Origin: Candidatus Micrarchaeum sp.
Lineage (GTDB): Archaea; Micrarchaeota; Micrarchaeia; Micrarchaeales; Micrarchaeaceae
Direction of reading: 5' to 3'
Length of the DNA stretch: 32,000 nt
Assembly: GCF_016806735.1 (NCBI RefSeq)
Contig: NZ_CP060530.1
Location: 570,001-602,000, forward strand
The notes under the pieces are model-generated. The model was not told the DNA's origin. It was given only the letters and a program-made list of their open reading frames with translations, and searched no databases. This document shows positions 30,106-32,000 of this stretch, piece by piece. How positions within the stretch are numbered: position 1 is the first letter of the stretch; each line of letters begins with the position of its first letter. The translations under genes were made by a program, and so were the position numbers.

Positions 30106-32000
30106 TCATAACTGGGCAAAAACCTTTGCAGCTATTTCCTTTCCAAGCAGCATTTCCACTTCGCCCCTGTGGCTGCGGATGTCGTTTACGGTACGTATCC
30201 CATTGTCGAAAAGCTTCCTTGCCCTTACTCTGCCTATCTGCTCTAGCCTGACCAGGTCCAGCAGCTCAGCCTTTATGCCATACTTGAGCCTTACCCTTAC
30301 GTCGACAAGATTCCTGGCCGAAATATGCGATAGCTTGGCAAGCTCTATTGCAGAGTATATGACCCAATCGGCATTTGACAGTTTTGCGTACAGGGCACCA
30401 GGGGTTATGTGGTATTTCTTTATTATGGATTCCTCGTCTATCTCACTCATCCAGTCACGCAACATAAGAGCCGATGTGAACGGCTCTACGGGATTGTAAT
30501 AGCCGAAGGAAAGCTCTTCGTATTTGTAAAGAAGGTCGCTTCCGAACCTGTCTTTGTAGAATACGTATTCTGCCTCGGCCTCTTCCGTTGGCCTTAGATA
30601 TGGCTTCATCTCTACAGTATTTGATATCAGGTACAGCATCGACACTTCGTCCTTTGCCCCGGGCATGAATTCGAGCATCCATTTGGCCGAAAGAGGATCT
30701 ATGTAAAGTTCGCTAACTCTTTTGCCTATCTTTGTAGCAAGGAGCTTTCCATAATCTTCTATTATAAAGCCCCAATCATAGAGCTCCCTAAGCACCTGCT
30801 TGACCGCTGCCTTTATGTGCGAATCATTCCCGTAGATGAAGCCATAGAAGCTCTTTTTGATGAAGTCTTCTATGTCCTCCAAGGCGTTTAGGAAATCCTC
30901 AGCTATGAAAGCGAGTATGTGCATTCTCAATACGGAAGCTACTCCAAGCGCAGAGTCTATGGGCTCCGGCGTGCCTATGATATAGCGCATGTAGAGCTCC
31001 TGGACTTCGTAGCGCTGGTTTGATGCTATAAGTGCCCTGCCCTCAGTATCATATTTTGGCCTGCCTGCCCTTCCAAAAAGCTGAAGCACCTCGTTTACGC
31101 TTATCCTCTCCGAAGTGACGCCGTTGTGCCTGCTAAGGTCCCTTACGAGCACAGTATGCGCCGGAAGATTCACGCCATATCCAAGGGTCGTTGTGGCGCA
31201 TATTACTTTTATTAGCCCTTTTTTGAATGTGTCTTCGACTATGGCTCTCTGTATGTTGACAAGCCCTGAATGATGGAATGCAACTCCTGCAGAAACACAG
31301 AGCGCTAGCTTGGCGCACTGGCTTGTGGGCTTTTCCAGTGCATTCAGTATCGATTGGCTTGCCGCTTCCAGCTGCTTTTTCTCTTCTGCTTTCAAAAGCC
31401 CGTTGAGCAGCGAGGCCAGTTTTGCAGCCCCGGCCTCTGCGTTCCTTCTGGTGGAATAGAATATTATCGCCTGCTTGTTCTGCGAAAGCGTATCCTCAAC
31501 CAGCCTGAACTCTGGGATTTTGCTTTTCCCATTCATCTGCGCCTCGCTTATCTCGTCGTTGTCCCAGTAGAATATCTTGCTGCCCTCAACAACACCCTTG
31601 TGCAGCTTTACGGGCCTGTAATCGCTCTTGACGAGCTTTGCCTTGAGCCATGCGGCAAGCTCCTCATCGTTGCCTATCGTAGCGCTCAGGGCTATTATCT
31701 GGGCATCGCTTATCCTCATCAGCTTTGTTATCAGCAGCTCAAGCGTAGGGCCCCTGCTTATGTCCGAAAGCATGTGTATCTCGTCAAACACTATGCAGCC
31801 CACGGAGCTTATCCATGGTGCCCCGTGCCTTATAAGGCTGTCCAGCTTCTCTGTGGATACGAAAAGCATCTCGTATTCGGAGAGCCACTGATCCGAAGAG
31901 TCAAGATCACCCATTGATATTGCCGCTTTTATGTACGGATACGCAGAATGGAATTCCTCGAATTTTTCAGCGACTATTGCGCGCATGGGCGCTATGTAGA
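30106..32000 (-). CDS. hel308: Ski2-like DNA helicase Hel308/Hjm (N-terminus outside window)
   Basis: The frame stays open to the window edge (…YIAPMRAIVAEKFEEF). Helicase motifs present: II VFDEIHML, III SATIGN, HHSGL, V TTTLGYGVNLPA and VI QLFGRAGRPKYD. The C-terminal helix-hairpin-helix segment is IGRVRARKLFDNGIRTVNDI. Confidence 0.9.
   Translation of the reverse strand, partial: YIAPMRAIVAEKFEEFHSAYPYIKAAISMGDLDSSDQWLSEYEMLFVSTEKLDSLIRHGAPWISSVGCIVFDEIHMLSDISRGPTLELLITKLMRISDAQIIALSATIGNDEELAAWLKAKLVKSDYRPVKLHKGVVEGSKIFYWDNDEISEAQMNGKSKIPEFRLVEDTLSQNKQAIIFYSTRRNAEAGAAKLASLLNGLLKAEEKKQLEAASQSILNALEKPTSQCAKLALCVSAGVAFHHSGLVNIQRAIVEDTFKKGLIKVICATTTLGYGVNLPAHTVLVRDLSRHNGVTSERISVNEVLQLFGRAGRPKYDTEGRALIASNQRYEVQELYMRYIIGTPEPIDSALGVASVLRMHILAFIAEDFLNALEDIEDFIKKSFYGFIYGNDSHIKAAVKQVLRELYDWGFIIEDYGKLLATKIGKRVSELYIDPLSAKWMLEFMPGAKDEVSMLYLISNTVEMKPYLRPTEEAEAEYVFYKDRFGSDLLYKYEELSFGYYNPVEPFTSALMLRDWMSEIDEESIIKKYHITPGALYAKLSNADWVIYSAIELAKLSHISARNLVDVRVRLKYGIKAELLDLVRLEQIGRVRARKLFDNGIRTVNDIRSHRGEVEMLLGKEIAAKVFAQL

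Noticed and set aside
29171-32000. Hachiman-like defence pair (nuclease-like protein plus Ski2-type helicase)
   Set aside because: The helicase has the full canonical Hel308 layout, including the C-terminal HhH domain. The partner is downstream rather than upstream, carries an XRE HTH, and fits a conserved archaeal housekeeping family. There is no DUF1837-like signature that I can see.
1-32000. CRISPR arrays, IS elements or integrases, and rRNA/tRNA genes
   Set aside because: I noticed no regularly spaced direct repeats, no transposase- or integrase-like ORFs and no terminal inverted repeats. No non-coding stretch is long enough to hold a structured RNA, since spacers are mostly under 110 nt. 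A tRNAscan/Infernal run would be the definitive check.

Overview
This is an almost entirely protein-coding, tightly packed archaeal chromosomal segment. Spacers are mostly under about 110 nt, several stops and starts overlap, and two convergent gene pairs have stops only 2-4 nt apart.

Evidence for archaeal origin:
- Marker genes: membrane-anchored LonB, topoisomerase VI subunit A, family B DNA polymerase, type-2 methionine aminopeptidase, archaeal-type LeuRS, Hel308/Hjm helicase, and a FlaK/PibD-type A24 prepilin peptidase.
- Signals: TTTAWATA-like boxes upstream of genes and GGTGA-type Shine-Dalgarno motifs.
- Codon usage looks rich in ATA (Ile) and AGG/AGA (Arg).

Topo VI plus the compact layout hints at a small-genome archaeon, but taxonomy cannot be settled from this window.

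Other recognisable genes are an ABC-2 transporter (ATPase fragment plus 2 permeases), a CPA2 antiporter, class II ribonucleotide reductase, an alpha/beta hydrolase, a HAD phosphatase and a GH15 hydrolase. I saw no rRNA, tRNA, CRISPR array, transposase or integrase.

Parts not explained by housekeeping functions:
1. 13225-17978: two tandem ~635-aa polytopic membrane paralogs with a GT-C-like acidic loop and a conserved 4-Cys outer module, followed by an alpha/beta hydrolase. This is my best candidate for an undescribed system.
2. 1844-4424: a minus-strand surface-protein cluster with a sequon-dense, Thr-stalked, C-terminally anchored glycoprotein.
3. 27435-28316: an orphan A24 peptidase with a GAAD active-site variant.
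4. 29171-30058: an Hjc-like/HTH protein directly downstream of hel308.
5. 8932-10642: three unrecognisable genes between top6A and nrdJ.

Several ORF-track N-termini actually begin at TTG or GTG. I reset the start where an ATG (or a TTG with an SD motif) fits better. All functional calls come from motif recognition by eye; no database search or computation was run.
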